From Octopus bimaculoides (Eukaryota): DNA of 39,404 nt. Under the pieces are notes generated by a model, which was given only the letters and a program-made list of their open reading frames with translations, was not told the origin of the DNA and did not search any database. Positions 22,621 through 34,922 of this stretch are shown piece by piece. Positions within the stretch are counted from its first letter, which is position 1. Every line of letters begins with the position of its first letter. The stretch covers positions 24,083,328-24,122,731 of the forward strand of contig NC_068983.1 in NCBI RefSeq assembly GCF_001194135.2, in the 5' to 3' direction. The translations under genes and the position numbers were made by a program.

Positions 22621-23769
22621 TGATGGGATTCTTTCTATTTCAGTTTCAAAATCTACTCTCAAGCATTTGGTCATCCCAGACATATAGCAGAAGATACTTT
22701 CCTAAAGTGTCACACTGTGGGGCTGAACTCAAGACCATTAAGTTGGGAAGCAAGATTCTGAACCTCACTGTCACATTTTTAAATACCTAATTGCTTTCAG
22801 TTCATTAATCCAATGGGATACCTTCACTTTTTATTCTTGGAACATCATAAACTGAAGGAAAGGAGAAAAAAAAAGACTGTACCAGAGGATTGCGAGGGCC
22901 ACTTAGAATCTATAAGTGAAAATGATAAGGAGATATTTTCTTTTGTGTTGATAAAGAAATGGTTTCAGGCCTAGGCAGTATATTTCTGGGGTTTCCTTGA
23001 TATATATATATATATATATATATAGATAGATAGATATATAAAGATCCCTTAAAACAGAAAACATTATTGAGATTAATGTGGTTGATTTTCAAGTTGAACT
23101 TCTGCAGGTCAATGTTTTTAGGGAAAATATGGAGTGGGCAGAAGATCTTGGAGATTACAGTTCCAGTAGGAAAAGACTGGAAAATGTTTAGTAGAGGGGT
23201 GACTGAATTGTGAGATACAGAAGAAATGAGAGGGAAAGAAAGACAGAAGCATTAAAAGATATTTCAATGGGTGAAGTACAAGTGATAATTCAAAGAAGGG
23301 AGGAAGGTGTTATAGAAATGGCAGAAGAGTGAGGGAGAGAGAGAGAGAGAGTGGGAGGGGGGATATGATTCAGTGCATCTGTGACTTTGTGGCTTTGGGT
23401 ATAGTTCTTCGTGTTATATTTGAAGTGTATAAGGTTAATAGTTGGTGAGAATATCTGGACAGGAAAAATTGCCAGAGTAATGCCATTTAGTGATGAAAGA
23501 TTGCATATTTTGCTTTAGTGCTGAAGTTAAGAATTAAGATAGAGGGTGCATGGCAAAAACTGAACAAACAGATATACATATGTATGTATGTATGTATGTA
23601 TTTATGTATGTATGCATGTATGTATGTATGTATGTATGTATCTATCTATCTATCTAACTATCAATCTATATAAATATATATATCTATACATATATATATG
23701 TGAGTGTGTGTATGTGCGTGTGTGTGTGCATGTGTTTGTGTGCATGTGTTTGTGTGCATGTGTGTGTAC

Positions 23770-23805
<36 letters not shown>

Positions 23806-24229
23806 NNNNNNNNNNNNNNNNNNNNNNNNNNNNNNNNNNNNNNNNNNNNNNNNNNNNNNNNNNNNNNNNNNNNNNNNNNNNNNNNNNNNNNNNNNNNNNN
23901 NNNNNNNNNNNNNNNNNNNNNNNNNNNNNNNNNNNNNNNNNNNNNNNNNNNNNNNNNNNNNNNNNNNNNNNNNNNNNNNNNNNNNNNNNNNNNNNNNNNN
24001 NNNNNNNNNNNNNNNNNNNNNNNNNNNNNNNNNNNNNNNNNNNNNNNNNNNNNNNNNNNNNNNNNNNNNNNNNNNNNNNNNNNNNNNNNNNNNNNNNNNN
24101 NNNNNNNNNNNNNNNNNNNNNNNNNNNNNNNNNNNNNNNNNNNNNNNNNNNNNNNNNNNNNNNNNNNNNNNNNNNNNNNNNNNNNNNNNNNNNNNNNNNN
24201 NNNNNNNNNNNNNNNNNNNNNNNNNNNNN

Positions 24230-24264
<35 letters not shown>

Positions 24265-24854
24265 ACAGACATATGCACATGCATGCATATATACATTGCA
24301 CACACATTGATGTTAGTTTGGGAATAATAGCTGGGTGAAAGTATTCTAATCAGATATTTTCCTCTCGTGTACAGCACACTTCTTTTTTGACTTTTTGGCT
24401 TTTGTTTTGTGTAGCTGTGATGCATTGCAAGATTTCAGATATAAGAGAAGAGATATACATGAAAGCAACACAGCAATTAATGGTGTAACAGAACCTGTAG
24501 ATCTGCTTGATCAGAAAGGTTTTGTCCAGTTTTGATGTTTAAGCCATAATACATTTTGTAGCTGGTGCTAACTATGAGAAAATTTCCATTGATGTTTGGC
24601 AGAACTTTATGGGGCATCATTTAGCAAAAGAAAAAGTATAAAAATACATATATATATATATAAAAGGGAACACTTTTCTTTCTTTTTTCTTTTCTTCTTT
24701 TTTTCTTTTTGTCTTTTAGTTTGAAGACCACAAAATATAAATGTTTAAGTCAACTGTTTGTTTTATTGATTTTTGGATTAAAGTGTTGCAGATGTTATGC
24801 CGGAGGAATTATATTTGAAGAAAGACTGTTAAAAAGAGCTGCAGCAACTTAAAA

Positions 24855-24893
<39 letters not shown>

Positions 24894-25070
24894 AATGAAA
24901 ATAAAATATTAAAAAAAACAAAAAAAAAAAAACAACAGCTGCATAAATTGGCAGCCAGTGAGTTTTCTTGTTGTCGGTATCTACATATGCTATTGAAATA
25001 TAAATGTCCATTGCTTGAATCAACAGAATTATAGAAATTGCTATATATAGAATGTTATGATTGGTTTTCT

Positions 25071-25110
<40 letters not shown>

Positions 25111-25136
25111 NNNNNNNNNNNNNNNNNNNNNNNNNN

Positions 25137-25197
<61 letters not shown>

Positions 25198-25808
25198 CAT
25201 ATAAAAAATTATAAGATATAAACATATCTTACTTTCTTTATATAAAGCCTAAGAAGTTGAAATCATTGACATAAATGATTATAAGCTGGAGATAGATGTC
25301 CTTTTATAGAACACTTTGAAGAGATGAGAAAAATGATTTTATTTTTGGGAGATAGGAAGCTAGTCTGTTTACAGTTAACTTTCCTTGCAGATGGAACTCA
25401 GTTTATAATTATAACTAACAGTCATCAGTTTTAGGTTACTGCCATTACTAACAGCAATGAGATTTTCCAACCCTGTGTCTGGTTAGTGGACTTAGTCATG
25501 TGATCAGTGACAATGTTTATAACAAGGAACAGTGTGATTCATATTCTGGCAACAGAACCTAAATTAATTGTAGATATTGTCTAACCCATGTTGGTCCTAA
25601 TGGAACATCTAAACAATAGAGTCCTTTGTTGAAAGCTTCCTTTGGAGTTATCACTAGCTCACTACATTTATACTAGTGAGAATATCAAATATCACTACTC
25701 ACATGAAACAAAATCCACAAAGTACTTCGTTCAAAATCATGCTTTTAATTATTCTTTCACTCATGTTCATATCTTTTGCTGATAAACATCACCAAAAGAT
25801 ATACATAC

Positions 25809-25852
25809 CATATTTTCTGGTACACAAGTCAAATTTTTCAGACCAAAATTTA
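25809..25852 (-). CDS. Candidate 44-nt coding exon (xNFGLKNLTCVPENM in phase 1 to 0, or xKFWSEKFDLCTRKYx)
   Basis: Acceptor ttcctacctttcttgacag and donor ATG|gtatgt. Confidence 0.4.
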
Positions 25853-25966
25853 CTGTCAAGAAAGGTAGGAATACTTACACTAAAATAACTTTGGAGGACT
25901 GAAAATTCCATGTGAAAAGCAGCAGGATTCTGAAAGATAATGATAATATTTTGGTATTTTTTTATA

Positions 25967-26381
25967 GGTCAGGCATTACTGTGTAATAAGAAGCTTGATT
26001 CTCAACCACATGGTTCCAGGTTCAGTCCCACTGCATAGCATCTTGAGCAAGTGACTTCTGTGATAGCCTTGGGCCGACCAAAGCCTTGTGAGTGGATTTG
26101 GAAGATAGAAACTGAGAAAAGCTGAAATAAGGCAGCAAGCTGGCAGAAACGTTAGCAAGCCGGGCGAAATGCTTATCGGTATTTCGTCTACTGCTACGTT
26201 CTGAGTTCAAATTCCGCCGAGGTCGACTTTGCCCTTCATCCTTTCGGGGTCGATAAATTAAGTACCAGTTATGCGCTGGAGTCGATGTAATCGACTTAAT
26301 CCCTTTATCTGTCCTTGTTTGTCCCCTCTGTGTTTAGCCCCTTGTGGGCAATAAAGAAATAAGAAACTGAGAAAAGCCCAT

Positions 26382-26425
<44 letters not shown>

Positions 26426-26620
26426 TCCCACCACCATTACTCAACAACAGGTGTGGGTGTATTTATGTCTCTGTAACTTAACAGTTCAGTAAAAAAGAGA
26501 CCAGCAGACTAGGCTTTAAAAAAAAGTTAGAAAACAAGCCCTGGAATCAGTTTGTTCAATTAAAACCCTTCTCGGCAGTGCCCCAGCATGGCCATAGTCT
26601 AATGATTGAAACAAATAAAA
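25967..26620 (+). mobile_element. SINE family B interrupted by SINE family A (26123-26361) with a 16-bp TSD
   Basis: agaaactgagaaaagc occurs at 26107-26122 and 26362-26377. Confidence 0.9.
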
Positions 26621-26651
26621 AATATCTGAATGTTTACTCTACATCTATACA

Positions 26652-26849
26652 CCAGTGCTCCTCAACCTTTTATCACTTGTGGTACACTTATATTCTTTAC
26701 AAACTTTTGCAGTACACCTGAACTAAAAAGATAACTAAAAGTATAGCGAAACAAATTATTTTCAGGTTACACTCTGACACATCTAGCATCGTCTCATGGC
26801 ACACCAGTGTGCTGCAGCATACTGGCTGTGGATCATTGGTTTCCACTAT
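26652..26849. mobile_element. Possible degenerate hAT (Charlie-like) MITE
   Basis: Starts cagtgctcctcaaccttt and ends ggcacaccagtgtgctgcagcatactggctgtggatcattg; no clear TSD. Confidence 0.4.
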
Positions 26850-27072
26850 ATACTACATCAACTTGTACACTGGAAAACATTGTATGCATACAATGTGTGA
26901 ACTGGCAGAGATGAAAGAGCATCAGATAGGACACCAGACTTGTAATATTTGTTTTAATTCTCTGTGCACTGAGTTCAGGTCCTGCTGAAGTCAATTTTAT
27001 CTTCTATCTGTTTGGTTTTAATATAAACAGTATACTAATCCAAGGTGGTGGATTGGCAGAAATGTAAGAATG

Positions 27073-27290
27073 GCAGAAATGTAAGGTGGTGAGCTGGCAG
27101 AAACGTTAGCACGCCGGGCGAAATTCTGAGTTCAAATTCCACCGAGGTCGACTTTGCCTTTCATCCTTTCGGGGTCGATAAATTAAGTACCAGTTATGCA
27201 CTGAGGTCGATGTAATCGACTTAACCCATTTGTCTGTCCTTGTTTGTTCCCTCTATGTTTAGCCCCTTGTGCGCAATAAAGAAATAAGAT
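27073..27290 (+). mobile_element. SINE family A with an internal deletion, inserted in an older SINE-like sequence
   Basis: Similar to 26123-26361; atgtaagaatg occurs on both sides (27062-72, 27291-301). Confidence 0.8.
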
Positions 27291-27552
27291 ATGTAAGAAT
27301 GTCTGAGAAGTTTACTTGTGATATTTGTTCTTATTTGTTCTGACTCTTTGTGTTCTGAGTTCAAATCTCACCATGGCCTAAATGGGTGGTAGATTTAATC
27401 TGTCACCTAGTTTAACACCACCTCCCGAACCTTTGGCAAACATTTGGATTAGATCTCCAGTTTGGAGATTCCTTCCACCTTCCTTCCCATCGATCAGTCT
27501 TAGAAGCCCTTTAATTAATCCTAGGCACTGCATTCTCTTCTACTCTAACTAT

Positions 27553-27771
27553 TTAACATTCAGCTTACTCTGACAAATCTAATGCTGATTTATTCTCATT
27601 GCTTTGAAGTAACGATGCGTTATATCATAGCTTTGAGATGTCATTGATGCGATTGTTTCTTTATACAATTTCATTATTGGGTAAGTGTGAAAGGTTGGAT
27701 CTGGCCAGTTTGACCATAAAACAGGTAGAATATTTGGACCTAAATGGCCAGTCTAAATGCTAAAGGGTTAA
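27553..27771 (+). mobile_element. piggyBac-like MITE with the left terminus partly deleted
   Basis: The right end reads ...aaatgctaaagggTTAA and the left end TTAAcattcag. Confidence 0.55.
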
Positions 27772-27821
27772 AGATGAAAAACAAAAAATACACACATAAA
27801 ACACAAACACACACACACACA

Positions 27822-27863
<42 letters not shown>

Positions 27864-27866
<3 letters not shown>

Positions 27867-28049
27867 TCATCATCATCATCATCATCGTTTAACGTCCGCT
27901 TTCCATGCTAGCATGGGTTGGACGATTTGACTGAGGACTGGTGAAACCGGATGGCAACACCAGGCTCCAGTCTAATTTGGCAGATGCCCTTCCTAACGCC
28001 AACCACTCAGAGAGTGTAGTGGGTGCTTTTACGTGTCACCCGCACGAAA
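27864..28049 (-). mobile_element. RTE-type 3' tail repeat
   Basis: Nearly the reverse complement of 36010-36193. Confidence 0.8.
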
Positions 28050-28050
28050 G

Positions 28051-28092
<42 letters not shown>

Positions 28093-28279
28093 AGTAAAAA
28101 TAAATACAAAAAAGGGTTTTGTATGATCATGTATAGGGGACTTCATTTTTGAAGTTCCAAGGAAGCGATAAGGTGATGCACAAGCTCTCAGCTTTGAGTG
28201 CACTGCACCTTATTGCAGAAACAGCTGTTCATTGCCTAAGTTCCTGTTCCTTTGTCATTTATTTAATTTTCATATACTT

Positions 28280-28334
<55 letters not shown>

Positions 28335-28640
28335 GCACATGACCTAGTGGTTAGGGTGTTGCACTTACAATCTGGCGATTGTGATTTCAATTCCCACACC
28401 GGGTGGTGCGTTGTGTTCTTGAGCAAAACACTTAATCTCGCATAGCTCTGTGATCACTTTGACATGTGACATATGGTACACTGCGAACCTGTTCAGGCAA
28501 CATCGATTTGATGAAGGGAGCAAGCTAGTGTACATCACACACATTTGATCACTATAAACAAATCATTTGGGCAGGTCATACACTCATATATCACCTTTGC
28601 CAAGAGAGTCCCAAGAAAGCAAAAAAGTTCACACACACAC

Positions 28641-28671
<31 letters not shown>

Positions 28672-30118
28672 TACACACACACACACACATATAATTTCCT
28701 TCCTTTGTCATGATGTTCAAAAAGTTGAAAACTGTCTTGATTTTATTGTATGTGGTTATTTTCTTGTTTCCTTTTGAATCTACACAGACCCCCTACTTAG
28801 CGAATAAAGACTACTACTTGAAAAACATTGAGCTAGGGTATCATTTTATTTTACTGGTTTCATTGACTTGACAATGGTTATGTTGGAACACCACCTTCCA
28901 GTTTATAGTTCGTTACATATAAATCCCACTTGATACTATTTTATTGGCTTCAGAAGCAAATATGAAAAGGAAAAAAAACGACCTGCACGAGATTCGAACA
29001 ATGAATGTCAAAATATGCAGCCAGGAATTTTATGACATTACACTGATACGGTATTTAATTAGATCAAGTGATAATTATTTTGTCATGCTTGGAAGGTTGA
29101 AAATAAAAGATGACATGCATAGTCTTTGAACAATGAGTATGAAAATTATGTAATCAGGTATTTTGTCTGATATGCCATTGATACTGATGTCCACCTGCTA
29201 TCTTGTTCTTGCTTTCATAGAAAATTAAATGCAAAACAATAGCAAAGAGAAACATTTCATCTTTTCAAAATTTTGCTCATTATTTTTGAGGTTTCTTGAA
29301 GTCACAATGAAAATTTCTTGAATGAAATGGTGAAGTAGAAAATGATGTAGTATCAGCTCACAAGTCCATAAATGTTGAGTTCAAATTAATTTGCATACAT
29401 TTTGTTCAGTATTTGGGAAGGGCACTTGATTCTACAAAACTCCAGTGTTAAGGTTATGTACCAAAAAATGAAGAAATTCTGACCAATGGCCTATTCAATG
29501 AGAACATTTACCTATCATCTTAGACTGAACTGACCTACATTAAGCTTGCATCCTATACAAGGGTTTATTAGTCTATGATCCAATTAACAAGCTAATGAAG
29601 TTAATTTAGCAGCATCATTTTACTGCTTTGACAGAATTGCGCTTCTTTTGTAGCTAATTTTATAACGCTATTAAAATTACTAAGACTTATTTTTCATTTT
29701 GCGGTAATGTCACATGTTATTACTAACTATAGCAACATTTTCCCAACCATTTTACTCTTAGAAACCCTTGCAAAAGATACCATGTTTCAGAAAACCCCTA
29801 CAAAACAGTAATTATATATCTTTGTAAACCACTTTTTTTTCTCTTTCATAAACATAAATTTCATAGAGGATTGAACAAATCTGAAAACTGTCTTTGAAAA
29901 GTTTGCTAGTTTTAAATCTATTAAATTCCACAAAGTTTGTTTCAGAAATTTCATTTTAATGAAGAACTTCCTTAAAACAAATCTTCCTACAATTTTTCTC
30001 TTAACAAGTAAATTTTTTCCCCATGGGGTCTCTTTACTAGCTACAGATGCCAGGATTTTCCTTGCTAGGGAATTGTTATGTCTCAAGCTACTGCTATCTA
30101 GCACCTTCGGATGATCTC

Positions 30119-30185
30119 TACTCAACCGCTACACAACTGCTACTCGACTGCTACTCAACAGGTACTCGACTGCTACTCAACACTC
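30119..30185. repeat. 11-bp tandem repeat, about 6 units (consensus tactcaactgc)
   Basis: tactcaaccgc tacacaactgc tactcgactgc tactcaacagg tactcgactgc tactcaacact. Confidence 0.85.
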
Positions 30186-30621
30186 CTACGATGACCAGAC
30201 TACCTCTATTTATATGTCATGGGAGATCCTACTTCTTCACCTGGGGGTGTCAACACAACAGGAATATGTATTGTACATGTAAAATAGAATAAAAAATATA
30301 GAATTAAGCACAAAAATGCATTTGTGTATATATGCATGTATTATATATATTATTATATATTGTATATATTATTTGCAGATAATTATATATATTTGTATGT
30401 AACTATATATATTTTTATGTAATTATATATAAATTTGTATATAATTAAACAATTAAATTTAACACTATTTTTCATGGAATCCCTTACTGTTTCTCACGGG
30501 TGCCTTGGTTTTCAGGGGACCCTGGTTGAGTTATGTCAGTCTATAATGTGTAGAATGATGAGAAGCTAGCTGAGCGAATAAAAGCTGAGATACTTTCATT
30601 TTCATACAACCTACTACTTAC

Positions 30622-30683
30622 CATCAACAGTTATTGCATTACATACAATAAAATTGCATGCTTCTGGTTTTGTTGTCTCTTGT
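30622..30683 (-). CDS. Candidate 62-nt coding exon (xQETTKPEACNFIVCNAITVDx), phase 2 to 1
   Basis: Strong donor ATG|gtaagt, weak acceptor aattgtatag; one open frame. Confidence 0.3.
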
Positions 30684-32039
30684 CTATACAATTATTGCAT
30701 TATAACTAAAACCAGTGTCTATATTCGCAGACAATTTTTGTGTCCTTTAAACAACAATTTTTAATTTAATCATTTTCCTGGAAATTTTTTTTTATATTTT
30801 CTTGCATTTCTTTACCATCCATAAACAACAAATGACATTAAACATTATACATTGATGTCAGTATCTGTCAACTAAACGGACACTTTTTATTACCACTTCA
30901 TATATAGGTTTTATAGCACAGTAAAAAAAAAAACTTGTTTCTTTTCTACTTTTCACTTGGTCATTCAATTCTTCAAAAGAGAAGTTATGACATACGGAAA
31001 TCAATATTAGTAAAAATGAAAAAAAAAAAAAAATTTTAAGTAATCAATAAAAGATAAACTGAGGTGGATTGACAGTATAAGTAGTACAAAGAACAAAGCT
31101 GTTGCATTTCGAGCGGGTCATTTTGCCAACAGGAAACACACACAAGTTCTATTTTACTTCTTTTTATTATTGTAAGTCAACAAACTAATTAATTATCCAC
31201 TTAACTTATCAATTACTTTATTTATAGTTTAATCGATCAATCAATCAGTTAATTTGTCAGTCCTTTTGTCACCACTTGCAAACACATCAATGATGTACCC
31301 TTGTTAATCCAAAAATGCCAACTATTTTTATGTGTCTGAGGAGAGATGAGTTGTGATGTTTCAATTAAGTTTAAAAAAATTTTTTTTTACTTAAAATAGA
31401 TTATGGCAAATATATTTATTTTATGAAATTTATAATAAACACTAGCTGACACTGCCATCAAAAATGATTGCTAATTGTAGTAATTCATATATAAATAAGG
31501 TATAAAATAATCACAGATACAAACATTCACATACATCCCTTGTACATGCTCACACATACAAACATATACTCAAACAGAGTTGAAATGCTGTTTGATTTTT
31601 CTTTTTAGCGTTGAACATTCACCATCCCATTTCCATTGCATACACACACACAACATATACACGCATGCACACACACACACACACACACACACATGCATGC
31701 ACACACACACACACACATACACATACACGAACATTCACATACCTCCCTTTTACATACACACACATATACTCACACAGAGCTGATTTTTTTTCTCACCCTT
31801 TCCTTCCTTATTCATCTGTCACTCCTTCCTTTCTTCATTGCTATTACTTTCTCTCACTCTCTCTCAGTCAGGGCCATTATTCTCACTACTTCTCCTTCAC
31901 TGAATTACTATTATCTCTCCTCTCCCTTCACTTATACTAATCTTTCTCCTACTCCATCCTACTCCTACTCTGTGATGTTGGACAAATATATAAAAACACT
32001 ATGCTCATTATTATATTAGGAGACATCTGAATTTTTTAA

Positions 32040-32475
32040 TTTCTTTTACTTGTTTCAGTCATTACAATGTGGCCATGCTGGGGCACTGCCTTGAAAATTT
32101 TTAGCCAAATAAATTAACCTCAGTACTTAAGTTGTCAAGTGGTAGAGGGAACAAATGCTGACACACACGTACACACACATCAGGTTTCTTTCAGTTTCCA
32201 TTGACAAATCAACTCACAAGGCTTTGATCAGCCCAAGGCTATAGTAAAAGCCACTTGCCCAAGGTACCAATGCAGTGGGACTGAACTCAGAACCATGTGG
32301 TTAGGAAGTAAACTTCTTTATTTCATTATATTGGTCCATAGAGACCTTACAGAGAGTAGAAGCTTGTGGGCTGGACGTAGACAAAATGAGATGAAATGAA
32401 AACATAATGATAAAGATGAGAGGGATGTTGGCGCCCACCGATCAACAAGCCCTCTTACCACACAGCCATGTCTGT
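32040..32475 (-). mobile_element. Degenerate SINE family B with a foreign insertion of about 125 bp (about 32321-32445) in its head
   Basis: SINE sequence resumes (cttaccacacagcc) after the unrelated segment. Confidence 0.75.
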
Positions 32476-33141
32476 CAATAACACACATATTTGGATTTTA
32501 TGAAATTTTTATTAAACACATCTGGATTATCTGTGGGAGATTTGATAGCCTTGTGCATAATTTTGGATCAGTTTTTTTTCTTCCATTTTTTAATCAGGTG
32601 GGAAGGCAGTGTCAATGACTCTTCTCAGGGCCTCTGAGACTGGTGGCTGGGAGGAAGGGACAAAGGCCTCCTCAAACTGAATCTCTGGTTTAAATGGTTG
32701 CAAAAGAGTGGGATCTGCAAAAAGCACTGAAAATGTCAGGTGATAGAGTTAAACTGCTCAATGGATTAACTCTACCGCTTAAGTAACCCTGTGCAGAATT
32801 TGAACCCTGAATACATAGAGCCTGAATAAATGCTGCAAGGCATCCAGTCTCATGTTCCACCTGGATTTGATACTTTTTTATTGACCCTGAGCGGATGAAA
32901 GGCAATGGTGACCTTGGCAGATTTTGAACTCAGGGTACAGGGAATTGAAGCAAATACCTTGAAGAATTCTTATCCAACACTTCAATGAATCTGCCAATGT
33001 GACACCAGTTGAAGGTCAGATTCATTTCTCATGCTTTTAAGGTTTATGGAATAATTAAGTTAATAAAATTTGACACCAGGCTGCTGAAGAAGACTTCATC
33101 GTTGATACAGAAGAAATAGAAAAATAAATAAACAAACAAAC

Positions 33142-33570
33142 AGGCGCAGGAGTGGCCGTGTGGTAAGTAGCTTGCTTACCAACCACATGGTTCCAGGTTC
33201 AGTCCCACTGCATGGCACCTTGGGCAAGTGTCTTCTACTATAGCCTCGGGCCGACCAAAGCCTTGTGAGTGGATTTGATAGATGGAAACTGAAAGAAGCC
33301 CGTCGTATATATGTATATGAATATATATATGTGTGTTTGTGTCTGTGTTTGACTCCCCAACATCGCTTGACAACCGATGCTGGTGTGTTTGCATCCCCGT
33401 AACTTAGCGATTCGGCAAAAGAGACCAATAGACTAAGTACTAGGCTTACAAAAAAATAAGTCCTGGGGTCGATTTGCTCGACTAAAGGCGGTGCTCCAGC
33501 ATGGCCACAGTAAAAGAGTAAAGGAGTAAAGGAGTAAAGGTGTAAAAGAGTAAAGGAGTAAAAGAGTAAA
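33142..33570 (+). mobile_element. Full-length SINE family B with a (GAGTAAA[A/G])n tail
   Basis: tRNA-like head with A box tggccgtgtgg and B box ggttcagtccc, microsatellite linker and 8-nt tandem tail. Confidence 0.92.
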
Positions 33571-33778
33571 CACATAAAGCCATGAGGGAATTTCAGTCAA
33601 AATCTTGTTGCTAAAATAGCACAGAAGACTAGGTAGATTCATGAAGCAATTTGTTAAGTTTTTACGCAAAAAGAACAGTGTTTTTAATATTAATGACATG
33701 ATGTTTTGCTATAAAGTATATTGAACGATTCTATAAGTCAATACTGTGTTCTACTGTGTTAGCAGTGCACTTTATATC

Positions 33779-33849
33779 ACTTGTTAAGGATATCTCTATA
33801 GATATTCTATTATTTCTATAGAATATCTTTAGAGATAACCTTAACAAGT
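33779..33849. other. Hairpin with a 32-bp stem (30/32 paired) and a 7-nt loop
   Basis: acttgttaaggatatctctatagatattctat pairs with atagaatatctttagagataaccttaacaagt. Confidence 0.9.
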
Positions 33850-34669
33850 TTTTTGAATATATGCATTAAGGTCAAGGTCTTTGAAAGAACATTTCAAAGC
33901 AGAACAAGACTGCTTTTACCCCTATCCCCACTTAAAATTTATCTTTCCAAAATTCAATTTTTCTTTTGTTCAACAGTGGTTCCATTTAGATATTCATATG
34001 CCATTTGTGTGGTTCTCTGGATCTTTAACCAATCTACTGGATGAACTCTAATCTTCCAGGTCTTGGATTAAGGCAGTGGATTAGCAGAAGGAACAGAGTA
34101 CTGAACAAAATATCCTGTGTTATTTGGTTATAATACTTTATGTTCTGATTTTGAATCTGTCCAAAGTTAAGTTCACCTTTCATCTTTTCAGAGTTGATAT
34201 AAGCAGTGCCAATAAGGCAGCAAGCTGGCAGAATTGTTAGTACACCAGCCAAAATGCTTGGCAGTATTTCATCTTTTTTCACATTTTGAGTTCAAATCCC
34301 ACTAAGGTCAGCTTTGCCTTTTATCTTTTCAGGGTCAACAAAATAAGCACCAGTTGAGCACGGGGTCAATGTAATTGACTTCTCCTTTCCCACAAAATGC
34401 TGGCCTTGTGCCAAAATTTGAAATTGGCGTAAGAAGTGCTAGTGTTAGATAAGAGCAGAGAGCTGATGTAATCAGCTACAAACTGATGCATGTCACCTTG
34501 CATATATGATGGATTAGCTTGCTGTTCAGTAATGGGCAGTTAGTGAATAATGTACACCTGCATAAACCTACAAATACAGCAAGAAAAGGATGTATTCAAA
34601 AGATATGCAACATAAGTATGCGCTATTATTATGCTGTCCAATTAAAAAAAAATATCCATAATGTTTTGA

Positions 34670-34922
34670 GCGGGTTCGTTGCCAGTGCCCCTGGACTGGC
34701 TCATGTGCGGGCGACGCCCCTGGGCCGGCTCTTGTGCGGGTGACACATGAGGTTTTTCGAGCGAGATCGTTGCCGGTGCCCCTGGACTGGCTCATGTGCG
34801 GGCGACACACGAAATCTTTCGAACGAGATCATTGCCAGTGCCCCTGGACTAGCTCATGTGCGGGTGACACATGAAATCTTTCGAGTGAGACTGTTGCTGG
34901 TGCCTCTGGGCCGGCTCTTGTG
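34670..34922 (+). repeat. 62-bp CpG-rich minisatellite running into an N-gap
   Basis: The anchor ttcga recurs with its cga at 34758, 34820 and 34882. The unit is related to 35915-35975. Confidence 0.9.

Noticed and set aside
24414-24852. Plus-strand exon-like stretches (CDALQDFRYKRRDIHESNTAING; CYAGGIIFEERLLKRAAAT* or DVMPEELYLKKDC*)
   Set aside because: The acceptors are reasonable but donors are atypical, the frames are ambiguous and there is no recognisable homology. They cannot be excluded without RNA data.
27931-27950. CTGAGGA-ctggt-GAAAC in the RTE-type tail repeat (also 4700s and 36100s) as a hammerhead
   Set aside because: No stem II can form in 5 nt, and there is no convincing stem III/NUH or stem I.
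29787-30125. 112-aa minus-strand ORF
   Set aside because: It has a K/F/L-rich composition typical of AT-rich non-coding DNA, with no motif or splice support.
33142-33220. tRNA-like heads as tRNA genes
   Set aside because: A/B boxes are present, but each continues into a SINE body and lacks a full cloverleaf.
34670-34922. Regularly spaced repeats as a CRISPR array
   Set aside because: The units are contiguous tandem copies with no unique spacers, in a eukaryotic context with no cas genes.
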